Below the pieces are notes generated by a model, which ran no database searches, had not been told where the DNA came from, and saw nothing but the letters and a program-made list of their open reading frames with translations. A DNA stretch of 59,989 bases, filler included. It is 6 parts of 6 records of this genome, joined end to end, with 100 filler letters (N's around TTAATTAATTAA, not from the genome) between each part and the next. Parts side by side here need not be neighbours in the genome. Positions count along the whole stretch, not along the records: positions 48,246 to 59,989 come from SRR31156797_7163; 5 more parts are not named here. One strand, given 5' to 3'. Shown here one piece after another: positions 48,470 through 56,969 of this stretch. Position 1 is the stretch's first letter. The number at the start of each line of letters is the position of its first letter. Both the position numbers and the translations under genes were made by a program.

Positions 48470-48734
48470 ATCGAACTGTTCAGTTTTGCTACCTACTATC
48501 CTTGGCAGCCCGAACCTTCAGTTTGATCTATTCGATACTAACGTGTACCAACCACCGTGTTTACATAATTCGCAACAGCACGCTACCTTTTCCAAACCTC
48601 CTTGAAATATACTGTAATTTCTGATAATTACAGATAAAGAGAAGGCGGCATAGGAAATACTTCTTATGTGCAACACTCAAAGTTACAAGTTGCACAAAAA
48701 CTATATATTTATTTGATAGCAACAGGACTAATAA

Positions 48735-49841
48735 ATGCGCATTGTTATAGATTCAAACATATTTTTTGATAACTGGTATTTAAGAAGTGCTCATTTTCAA
48801 CTACTATCAAACTATATAAATAATACAGATGCAAATATTCTCTTGCCAAAGGTTATTTGCGAAGAGGTAGAGAATAATTATAGAGTTGGGCTAAAAAAGA
48901 CACAAGATGAAATTGAAAAGGCTGTAAGAAACGCAAATAATTTTTGTTTAAAGCCTTTTTATGTAAATCTTGAACAATTTCCAAACGATGATTTTAATTT
49001 TTTTAAAACAGCAAGGTCAATTTTTAACGATGTTTCCCTTGTAGAATTTGAGGGCGTAAATCAAAATAAAATATTTTCAAAAGCTTTGAATGTAAAAAGG
49101 CCATTTCGTGGGAAAGAAAAAGGTTATCGTGATACGTTGATATGGCTCTCCTTGCTTGATTACATAAAAGATAACGATATAAAAGATGATATAGTCTTAA
49201 TCACAAATAATTCTAATGATTTTTTTGAATTAATTAATGAAAAGTACCACTTGCACCAAGATTTGAAAAAAGACATTAATAACTATGAAATCAATAATAA
49301 TTTTATAGTTCACAATTCATTAAAATCTTTTATAGAAACTAGCATAAAAGAGAATTTACACTATTTTCAGCATAATGATATTGAAAAAATTGAAGAAATG
49401 TTTGGTGAAGTAATTGAAGAATTACTAGAAACAGATTCTAGAAATTATATGAATGATTTGTCTCTTAATGAATTTGGGATAATATTTGAAGAGGCTGGAT
49501 TTTCTCCTGAAATAACTAAGCTTGTAAGAGAATACTATTTTGAGATATTCGAAGGATTAGAAGATACAGAAATTGCAAGCTGCAGCGGTATTCAAGAAGG
49601 TAGGTTATACATTGAAAATTCATATAATTTAAGGAGTTGTATAATTCATTTGAGGTTTTCACTGGCTGATTATTATGACAATAAAAGTCAATTGGAAAAA
49701 GAATTATACAACCCTGAAATATTGGATGACGAAGTAATTTTACTTGCGTTTACACGTTGCTATTACACATCCAATTTCATCTTAGATATCGAAAATGAAG
49801 CTGTTGAAGAATTCTCGATTGATAGCGTTTTTATGAAGTAG
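48735..49841 (+). CDS. PIN-domain protein (DUF4935/PIN_8-like)
   Basis: IVIDSNIF, LPKVICEEV, KGYRDTLIWLSLL, LITNNSNDF acidic PIN motifs; very AT-rich gene. Confidence 0.82.
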   Translation: MRIVIDSNIFFDNWYLRSAHFQLLSNYINNTDANILLPKVICEEVENNYRVGLKKTQDEIEKAVRNANNFCLKPFYVNLEQFPNDDFNFFKTARSIFNDVSLVEFEGVNQNKIFSKALNVKRPFRGKEKGYRDTLIWLSLLDYIKDNDIKDDIVLITNNSNDFFELINEKYHLHQDLKKDINNYEINNNFIVHNSLKSFIETSIKENLHYFQHNDIEKIEEMFGEVIEELLETDSRNYMNDLSLNEFGIIFEEAGFSPEITKLVREYYFEIFEGLEDTEIASCSGIQEGRLYIENSYNLRSCIIHLRFSLADYYDNKSQLEKELYNPEILDDEVILLAFTRCYYTSNFILDIENEAVEEFSIDSVFMK

Positions 49842-49881
49842 AAAAATAATATTTTGCTAACAAAATACTGAACAAGGATTG

Positions 49882-49907
49882 CTGTCAGGTTGAGTCTGAT
49901 TCACTAT
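49882..49907 (+). repeat. 26-bp site C (inverted relative to site B)
   Basis: CTGTCAGGTTGA-GT-CTGATTCACTAT; 13 of the first 14 bases match site B. Confidence 0.6.
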
Positions 49908-49953
49908 CACTTAACATCGTACTGTAGTTCTTAGTAGTCCAAGCACTCTCTTC

Positions 49954-50000
49954 AAAAGGCTGTTTCTCTTTTTCACAAAAGGGAAGCAGTCTTTTTTTTT
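49954..50000 (+). terminator. Intrinsic terminator downstream of the PIN gene
   Basis: AAAAGGCTGTTTCTCTTTT-TCAC-AAAAGGGAAGCAGTCTTTT (G-U pairs favour the + strand) ending in a T9 run. Confidence 0.75.
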
Positions 50001-50112
50001 GTCTCTTTTCCGGCTTTTCTTCGGTCTCTTTCACGCACGATCTATTCGTCTCTGCGATGCTAAATAGATGTATACGAGACACATACAGAACAAAAAAACG
50101 AAGGCATGAAAG

Positions 50113-50364
50113 ATGGCAAACAGAATTAACAATAATGTAATAGCGGCCAAGGGAAGGAATCTAGCACGCACACAGATACGAGCTAATGCTAGACATCTAC
50201 AGATGCTGGACGAACTTGCAGAGTATAGAGGCTCTAACAGAACACAGCTAATCAGGGATGCAATACTGAAGTTCCTCGTAATGGAATTGAAGCATGAACA
50301 AAACAGACAGCTTGGCATGCGAGATGCGAAGGCTAGATTAAATCAATTAATGAATCGCTGGTAG
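50113..50364 (+). CDS. Ribbon-helix-helix (CopG-like) DNA-binding protein
   Basis: TQIRANARHLQMLDELAEYRGSNRTQLIRDAILKFL fits the RHH pattern. Confidence 0.7.
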   Translation: MANRINNNVIAAKGRNLARTQIRANARHLQMLDELAEYRGSNRTQLIRDAILKFLVMELKHEQNRQLGMRDAKARLNQLMNRW

Positions 50365-50387
50365 CGGTTAAACAATAGGTAAACAGA

Positions 50388-50738
50388 ATGAGACGCAAGA
50401 AACAGCTAAAAAACAATCGTCCGAATTCGATGTCAACATGTCTTGCAGTAGCAAGGGGCAAGATTGATTCATTTACAAAGAAAAACATTTTCTTCTGCAA
50501 GCTCAGGAAGAGTACTCAAACAAGGGCACAGTTCTATGCAGATCAAATGGGAGTCTCTATTGAACAGCTTTTTGAGGCTTTAGTGGAAAATTTTGTCTGG
50601 GTGACAATTGAAAATGACGAAATGAAATTCGCTATCAACGCTTTTGACACAAACAGCGGGAAGGTTAAGCGTCTCAAAGTGCAAAAATACAATGAAGAGA
50701 TGATGGTTAATAATCTCGAAAGGTATTTTTGCGATTAG
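50388..50738 (+). CDS. Hypothetical protein with a possible RHH segment
   Basis: FFCKLRKSTQTRAQFYADQMGVSIEQLFEALVENF; 23 bp downstream of the previous gene. Confidence 0.55.
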   Translation: MRRKKQLKNNRPNSMSTCLAVARGKIDSFTKKNIFFCKLRKSTQTRAQFYADQMGVSIEQLFEALVENFVWVTIENDEMKFAINAFDTNSGKVKRLKVQKYNEEMMVNNLERYFCD

Positions 50739-50820
50739 AACAAGCTATGGTCAACTCAGGATATAAATACAAATATATACAGACGTGCGGACAGATAGCA
50801 GAAAAGGAGATTTAGGGCAT

Positions 50821-51459
50821 ATGGGACATCTTACAGAGCAGGAAAAATTCGAAGCAAAGGTCAATGGGTTTGTTGAATTGATCGATGAATGGACATCTAA
50901 GCAAGGCACTCAAGTAAAAATGAGATACTCAAAAAATCGACATTTAAACAGGATGAGTTTTCATAAATATCTGGACGATCATTCTGAGGTTACAAAGGAC
51001 GCTTTAGGTAAAGTAATGATGCAAGATTCGGCTTCAATCATTGGCACTCGCATGATCAAGGAGCGAAGAGAAAATATGAGCAACAGTTCAGATTCTTTTG
51101 AAAAGCTCATGGAAGTAGCTCTTGCGAGTCAGGTGCTAGTCAAAGCTGATGCTCAACTTTTGATTTCTGATTTGGTATCGGAATACAATTTATCTTCTAT
51201 GGAAATTACGAATCGAAAGAAATCTTTCAAAGACATTACAAGTGAAATTGACATGTCAGGTCACAAGCAGATTTTAGATACTTTTAAAGGTAAGGCTATC
51301 GTTGCAGGGTTGTTCATGAAAATGCGGTCTAAACTCAAGGCTGCTAAAAGTGACGAGGAAAGATTCAAGGTACTTGCCGACATGATTACAGTATCGACGG
51401 TGTTCAATCACAACACAGTCAAAGATATTTTCAAAAAGATCAAGGCAGGTACGGCTTAG
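50821..51459 (+). CDS. Hypothetical helical protein
   Basis: Open 212-codon frame; AAGGAG upstream of the ATG at 50821. Confidence 0.65.
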   Translation: MGHLTEQEKFEAKVNGFVELIDEWTSKQGTQVKMRYSKNRHLNRMSFHKYLDDHSEVTKDALGKVMMQDSASIIGTRMIKERRENMSNSSDSFEKLMEVALASQVLVKADAQLLISDLVSEYNLSSMEITNRKKSFKDITSEIDMSGHKQILDTFKGKAIVAGLFMKMRSKLKAAKSDEERFKVLADMITVSTVFNHNTVKDIFKKIKAGTA

Positions 51460-51723
51460 ACAATCGGCCAATTTTTTACAGAAAAAAAGGCAAAGAAGCT
51501 GTTCACGACTTCTTTGCCTTAAAATGCATCAGATGAGCGATCATCATTGCTGTTACTACTATTTATACAGGCTATCAATTTGTTATTTAAATACTTATCA
51601 GAAAACGCACATTAAATTCATGAGAGGTTATGTGGTAAGTTCAAAACGGAAATTGAAAGGTAAAAAGATTGTCGTGAACAATAATGGAATAGACGACAGT
51701 TCGTCTTCAAAGGAATAAAAAAG

Positions 51724-52386
51724 ATGAAAAAACGGTACGATAAGAAAAGACACAAAGGGCAGTTTATACAATCAGGTAATTTCTGTGTCCCTCTCGAATA
51801 TTATCTTGAATTGAGCGAGAGCAAACGGAAGTACATGTTTCTCAATACAAGGCTAATTCTTGATCAGATGGTACTGGTTGAGCAAAATACATGCATTATT
51901 CGCAAAGGGCTTTCGGAGAGTAGATGTTTAGAGCTGGCAAGGAGCGTTGTTGCTATTGCCGATGCATTCAAAGAACATATCAGCAAACGTCAAAATGACG
52001 CTGGTGAGAACATCTCAGAGGATTCTTTCGGCTCAAAAGAGGAAATTCTTGAACAACAAGGTTGGGACGAATTCAAAAAATGGCGGTTTGTGAAAGCGTA
52101 CAGTGATGTTGAATCGATGATTGAAGACCATCAAGAGGTGCAGGAATCAGTACACTACACAGAGCGCGGAGTTATTTTTGACTACATATACGAGACATGG
52201 AAGCAAGCTGTGCTGAACAAGGACGTTTCGGACACATGTGTCTCAAACGTCTCAGTCAGCAGAGCAAATGAGTCGATACAAGCTGTAAATGCAAAGGCTG
52301 ATTTCCAGCAAAGACAGCAAGACAGAATGAAAGCATTCGTGGGCCATCTTAAGGGTGGTGATTATGTAATGCTTGATGGTCGATAA
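51724..52386 (+). CDS. Hypothetical protein
   Basis: 220-aa ORF with AAGGA upstream; no recognised motif. Confidence 0.65.
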   Translation: MKKRYDKKRHKGQFIQSGNFCVPLEYYLELSESKRKYMFLNTRLILDQMVLVEQNTCIIRKGLSESRCLELARSVVAIADAFKEHISKRQNDAGENISEDSFGSKEEILEQQGWDEFKKWRFVKAYSDVESMIEDHQEVQESVHYTERGVIFDYIYETWKQAVLNKDVSDTCVSNVSVSRANESIQAVNAKADFQQRQQDRMKAFVGHLKGGDYVMLDGR

Positions 52387-52397
52387 GGGGAAGACAG

Positions 52398-52706
52398 ATG
52401 AGCAAAGACGCTATGAAATCACACGTGGTTTCACAAATGGTCGGTCATCATATCAGCTTGGACTTGATATCAGATATCGGTGACAGGAAAACATGGGCTT
52501 TGATATACAAGTATTTTCTACAGATCATGAATCTCAAAATACAAGACCAGGAAGGCACAGTTCTCAATCACGAATTCATCGAACAGCAATGGGCTTTGTT
52601 CAAGAGTTCTGGTGTCATTACATACAGAAAAGCTGATGAATCGAAAGTACAAGCTCTTATCGGAGAATTGAAAACCATAATCAGACAGAGCTACGGAATC
52701 GTTTAA
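52398..52706 (+). CDS. Hypothetical protein
   Basis: RBS AAGGGG; 11 bp after the previous stop. Confidence 0.6.
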   Translation: MSKDAMKSHVVSQMVGHHISLDLISDIGDRKTWALIYKYFLQIMNLKIQDQEGTVLNHEFIEQQWALFKSSGVITYRKADESKVQALIGELKTIIRQSYGIV

Positions 52707-52830
52707 TAATACAGAAAGCACCGATTGTGAACCCAGGGTATGGTGAATTGTATTTTTATGTACCTTAGAGGTCTTAGGAAGGTTCATCAAGAGAACAAGA
52801 GTACGGGAGTACGGCTGGGCTGTACTCTTT

Positions 52831-52872
52831 AAAAGCAAAGAGGTTAAATGGTCTCCCTCTTTGCTTTTTTTC
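52831..52872. terminator. Bidirectional intrinsic terminator
   Basis: AAAAGCAAAGAGG-N12-CCTCTTTGCTTTT between convergent genes, with A/T tails on both sides. Confidence 0.75.
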
Positions 52873-52903
52873 TGTCTTGCTGGGGAGTTACATGTGAAAT
52901 GTT

Positions 52904-53908
52904 TCAATACTTGCTCTTGTTTTCTTCCCAGTACTTTAATGTGAGTTCTGCGTCGAACCATCCATCTCCGTCAAGCTTTTCGCCTGCCAGTTTCCAAAAA
53001 ATATAATTTGCAATTTTAGCCGCCATTAAACTATCATCGGATGAAATGATATCTATCAGAAAGGATAGTCTTTCTTTTAATGGGAAATCAACTCTGCGTT
53101 TCGCGATATAAATTATATAATCTGGTTTTGCATAAGGTTGAGTTGGGTGAATACGACTGTATCTATATGCTATTGTCTTTAATGATTCTTTTTTGTTTAT
53201 ATGCATTAACCTTTCAAAAGATTCTGTTGGGACTCTATTCACTTCATTTTTTTTATAAATGTAAGAAGCATCTCTTTGTATTAATCGATATTGCAACTCG
53301 GCCTTCTTTTGAAAGGGGTACGAATTATCTTCTGATAATTTTTTAAGTTTGTCGTAAGCCTTTCTATCATCATTTCGAGCCGCACTTAAAATCTCTTGAA
53401 ACTCAATTGTTTTATCTAAAGCTTGAAGTTGCTCTGAAACAACTTTTGCCTTTTGAGAAACGATATCTAAGGTTAATGTTTCTTCTTTGACACGATTCGT
53501 TAATTCTTTGACCGCTTCGGAACTGCTAGCTGTTTCTTCAGAAAGATTTTCTAATACGACTTTTGTTTCTGATTCAAGGTGTTGCACCAATAATTTTGCT
53601 TCTCTAATTGCATCTTCTCTCGCTGTTTCTGCCGCTATTTTTGCTTTTTTGGTAGCTTTTAATGCTTGTTCAGCCGCTTTAAAAGCGTCTTCTGCATTTC
53701 GCTTTTCTTGGCAAGTTTGCAAAAGTGAAACAGAAGATATTATTACAAGAATAAAAGCTGTTGCAGAAGACAAGGACTTGAAAAATTCCATCCAATTGAA
53801 TTTTTGATATGCTCCACAGTGATAGCATTTTTTTGGAGCTTTCAATACCTCGCCACATTCTTTACAGCAGGTTACCTCATTCTGCTCTTGCAGTTGAGAT
53901 TCACTCAT
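52904..53908 (-). CDS. Hypothetical membrane protein: N-terminal zinc ribbon, one TM helix, coiled coil
   Basis: CKEC...CYHC, hydrophobic SATAFILVIISSVSLL, Ala/Glu/Lys-rich heptads. Confidence 0.75.
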   Translation of the reverse strand: MSESQLQEQNEVTCCKECGEVLKAPKKCYHCGAYQKFNWMEFFKSLSSATAFILVIISSVSLLQTCQEKRNAEDAFKAAEQALKATKKAKIAAETAREDAIREAKLLVQHLESETKVVLENLSEETASSSEAVKELTNRVKEETLTLDIVSQKAKVVSEQLQALDKTIEFQEILSAARNDDRKAYDKLKKLSEDNSYPFQKKAELQYRLIQRDASYIYKKNEVNRVPTESFERLMHINKKESLKTIAYRYSRIHPTQPYAKPDYIIYIAKRRVDFPLKERLSFLIDIISSDDSLMAAKIANYIFWKLAGEKLDGDGWFDAELTLKYWEENKSKY

Positions 53909-54069
53909 GGTTGATTTCCATATCAGTTATCTTGCTTGGTTTTGTAATCATCAGTCTCGAACGTTCTAAGAGTTAGAATATCAGGAATTACTAAACTGTA
54001 CCACATATTTACGCAAGAGGCATAGTACTGTATTTTGTTTCCAGATCAAATAGTTACAAACTATTTCTC

Positions 54070-54678
54070 TCAAGTAAACGGTAGAAAAATTCCAAAGAAT
54101 GCGAGTGCAGTTCCTGCTACTTTTTCAATGTAAAAAATGCACTCTCCCAAGCTCTTTTTGACCTTATCTCTGCTTATGACAAGCACCACAAAACAGTCCC
54201 AAACGAAGACCACAGACATCATCCAGAGAGCGTAAAGACATCTCGTAGAAAATGCTGTCTCAGTCGATACCATGACAGTAAAGAGTGAAAAATAGAAAAT
54301 TATATTTTTAGGGTTCAGAATAGCTGACATGAAGCCAATCATAAACTGCCGTCGGATGCTTTCTACATGAAGAAATGAAGTACTGACTTGATCGGTACAA
54401 GTTTGCTTTGGAGCACGAAGCAACATAATTCCGATAAACAGTAGATAAACAGCACCGAGATACTTGAACAAAGAAAGAAGCCAAGTCGTACCTTGAATGA
54501 CTTCAAAGCCAAATACGGCCAAGAATACATAAACACCGTTCGCAAAAGCAATACCTGAACAGATTGCAATTCCGTAACGCAGATTCAAGCGAAGTGACGC
54601 TTGCATTATAAGAAAAAAATCTGGGCCTGGGCTGAGTAGAGCCAAGAAGTGTGCTGATGCTAAAATTATAAATTCCAT
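54070..54678 (-). CDS. LysE/RhtB family exporter
   Basis: ALLSPGPDFFLI, KYLGAVYLLFIG, GFMSAILNPKNIIFY. Confidence 0.92.
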   Translation of the reverse strand: MEFIILASAHFLALLSPGPDFFLIMQASLRLNLRYGIAICSGIAFANGVYVFLAVFGFEVIQGTTWLLSLFKYLGAVYLLFIGIMLLRAPKQTCTDQVSTSFLHVESIRRQFMIGFMSAILNPKNIIFYFSLFTVMVSTETAFSTRCLYALWMMSVVFVWDCFVVLVISRDKVKKSLGECIFYIEKVAGTALAFFGIFLPFT

Positions 54679-54731
54679 TGTCTTTCCTCCGTTATGGTTA
54701 ACAAAAGATAGACGATCGAATTATTTTATTA

Positions 54732-54747
54732 TTGTACAAAATTGACT
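54732..54747. promoter_or_regulatory. Conserved 16-bp box upstream of lysE
   Basis: TTGTACAAAATTGACT, identical to 55232-55247. Confidence 0.6.
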
Positions 54748-54938
54748 GTATTGATACCACCAGACCAGAACTCTCGTAGGATGAGAAAAATGCGACTACC
54801 AGCAATTGTTACAGTCGCATGAGTACTTTGACATGAGTACCACCAAAGATGCTGTACAGGCGGTTTTACAGTAAATTCAGATATTTATTTTTTGTATCTT
54901 GTAAGCACAGCTTTATGTGTGTTAAATAAACAACTGTT

Positions 54939-55181
54939 CTAGACGAGGTAGCCGCTGCCCAGGTACTTGAGCACCGCCATCAACAGATGCATGTTTCGTA
55001 CGGCCTCTAGACCAAGAACGGCAATGGCCAAATAGATTGCATTGGCTGTGGCAATGCCAGCGCAGACACATAAAGCATAGCGCATCGGCATCCGGAGTGC
55101 TGTCTGCATGATTAGGAAAAAGTCTGGTCCGGGACTGAGAAGGGCAAGAAAGTGGGCTGAGGCAATCAAAATAAATTCCAT
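54939..55181 (-). pseudogene. Truncated LysE paralog (first 80 aa only)
   Basis: MEFILIASAHFLALLSPGPDFFLIMQ is nearly identical to the intact copy; the frame stops after KYLGSGYLV and no C-terminal half follows. Confidence 0.85.
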
Positions 55182-55231
55182 CGTATACTCCTTTTTTTAG
55201 AGCCATGGTACAGTGGAGTCGTATACCCATC

Positions 55232-55247
55232 TTGTACAAAATTGACT
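55232..55247. promoter_or_regulatory. Conserved 16-bp box upstream of the truncated lysE
   Basis: TTGTACAAAATTGACT at a similar distance from the ATG as the other copy. Confidence 0.6.
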
Positions 55248-55286
55248 AAACCGCAAAGCTCCAGGCATATCTTAGAGAGAAGGACA

Positions 55287-56936
55287 ATGGTTCAGCGTTA
55301 TCGATATAAATGGTTTTTTCTGATGGTTACCGGATTACTGTTATTATTTGGCTGTTCTACTGACAAAGAGCAAAGTCTGGAAAACATCTTAGCCCAGCGA
55401 CCTGATAAGCAACAGTTGGTGTTTGACTACGTAGGTATCTTGGATGACCTACTTGAGTCCACCACCAGGGCACTAGTTGATTTTCGAGATAGGCAGCAGA
55501 TAGAGGTGCTCATTGTTGTTCTCCCCTCCCTTAACCAGCAGTATACGATTAGTGAAGCGGCAGCAACGCTGTTTACCACGTGGCAGGTTGGCCGGGAGAT
55601 GGAGGGCGGTGGAGTGCTGCTTTTGCTGGTTGACGACAGCAAGGAGGTGAAGCTGGAAATAAGTTATGAGTTAGAACCCATCTTCACCGATCTTTTTACC
55701 GGGGCTGTTGAACGGCGACAGCTGCACTCCCGGTTTATTGCTGGTGAGTTGGAAATCGGCCTTATTGCAGTTATGGAAGAGCTTGAGGCTAGAGCCCAGT
55801 TACTCCATGCTGATATAGCAGTTGAAGATGCTGTCAGTAAACGTGATGCCAGGTATCTCTCCCAGGGGGCAGGTGCAAGGATTGCCTTGGAGCCATTGAA
55901 GGTTGTTAGTACCTCTCCAACCGGCAGGGTGAATACAAACTATCCAGCAGGGGCAACGATAGCTGAAGCCTGGCAAAGTTTGCTTAAACGATGGAAGGAC
56001 CAAGAACGTGACCCTTTTCTCCAGGTTTTTTTACCCACGGGCCGTCTTGCTTATCGCGATTTTGCCACCATGCCCAAAGAACGGCTTTCGCAACAGTACC
56101 AGACGTACAGTAATCGCCCCTACCATGTTTTGGAGGATGGAAATCATGGAGTGGTTTATTTTGGGAAAAAGGAAGGCTGGGACAATGCTCCTTTTCTGTT
56201 TTGTCGTACCAGCGAAGGGTGGCAGTTTGATTTGGTTAACCAAAAGAGATTTATTCGCATGGGACCTTCTCCCTCATGGGGGGTCGAGTTTGGTGTGCAC
56301 CCCTATATGCTTCTCTTATGGGATGCCTTCAGGTTTTACGGCCAGGACATCCCTTTAAGCGGGGAAGAGTTGTACAGCAGCGGTAATGATACAGCCATTG
56401 CTGCCACCATAGAGGATCTGGAAGCAGAGGTTGCAGTTGATAAAGGGGATTTTGCAACATTGCTCCAGCTGGGCAGGCTGTATACTCTGACATCCATGAG
56501 CCGTAAGGCCATGAAAATTTTGAAGCAGGCCAACGCCCTTCAACCACAAGATCCCCGTCCTTACCGGTATCTTGCCATTGCTCACGTTAATGGATTTTAC
56601 CAGTACGACAGTGGACTGAAGGCGGTGCAAACAGCGCGCGAGAAAGGCGGCCCTGATCCTTTTCTCGCCAATTTTTCGGGGTATATTTTATATCAGAAAA
56701 AACAGTACCAGGAGGCCGCCGCATCTTTTGAAGAGGCCGTTCAGCTCGATCCGGAAAACAGTTACAGTCAGTACTACCTGGCGTATACTTATGCTTGGTT
56801 GTACAGCAACACCAAAGGTGGTGACAGAAAGAAGGAATATAAGCGCCTCTTTCGTCGTTACGCTGACAAGGTACAATCCTCTTCCACAATCCATCCAGCA
56901 CGCAGCAGGAGGATTAAAGAGTGGCTGGAGAAATAG
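55287..56936 (+). CDS. TPM-domain lipoprotein with C-terminal TPRs
   Basis: Lipobox LLFGC; TPM motifs VFDYVGIL, W.VG...GVLLLL...EISYELEPIFTD; C-terminal TPR helices. Confidence 0.82.
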   Translation: MVQRYRYKWFFLMVTGLLLLFGCSTDKEQSLENILAQRPDKQQLVFDYVGILDDLLESTTRALVDFRDRQQIEVLIVVLPSLNQQYTISEAAATLFTTWQVGREMEGGGVLLLLVDDSKEVKLEISYELEPIFTDLFTGAVERRQLHSRFIAGELEIGLIAVMEELEARAQLLHADIAVEDAVSKRDARYLSQGAGARIALEPLKVVSTSPTGRVNTNYPAGATIAEAWQSLLKRWKDQERDPFLQVFLPTGRLAYRDFATMPKERLSQQYQTYSNRPYHVLEDGNHGVVYFGKKEGWDNAPFLFCRTSEGWQFDLVNQKRFIRMGPSPSWGVEFGVHPYMLLLWDAFRFYGQDIPLSGEELYSSGNDTAIAATIEDLEAEVAVDKGDFATLLQLGRLYTLTSMSRKAMKILKQANALQPQDPRPYRYLAIAHVNGFYQYDSGLKAVQTAREKGGPDPFLANFSGYILYQKKQYQEAAASFEEAVQLDPENSYSQYYLAYTYAWLYSNTKGGDRKKEYKRLFRRYADKVQSSSTIHPARSRRIKEWLEK

Positions 56937-56969
56937 AATTCCGAGAACAGGTTTTATGATACGATACTA

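Noticed and set aside
51254-51262. Fourth TGTCAGGT-like match inside ORF 50821-51459
   Set aside because: Only 8 bp, inside an intact reading frame and without the flanking similarity shared by sites B and C; consistent with chance.
51524-51718. 64-aa ORF between the ORFan genes
   Set aside because: Odd low-complexity composition (HHCCYYYLY) and no RBS; more likely promoter or intergenic DNA.
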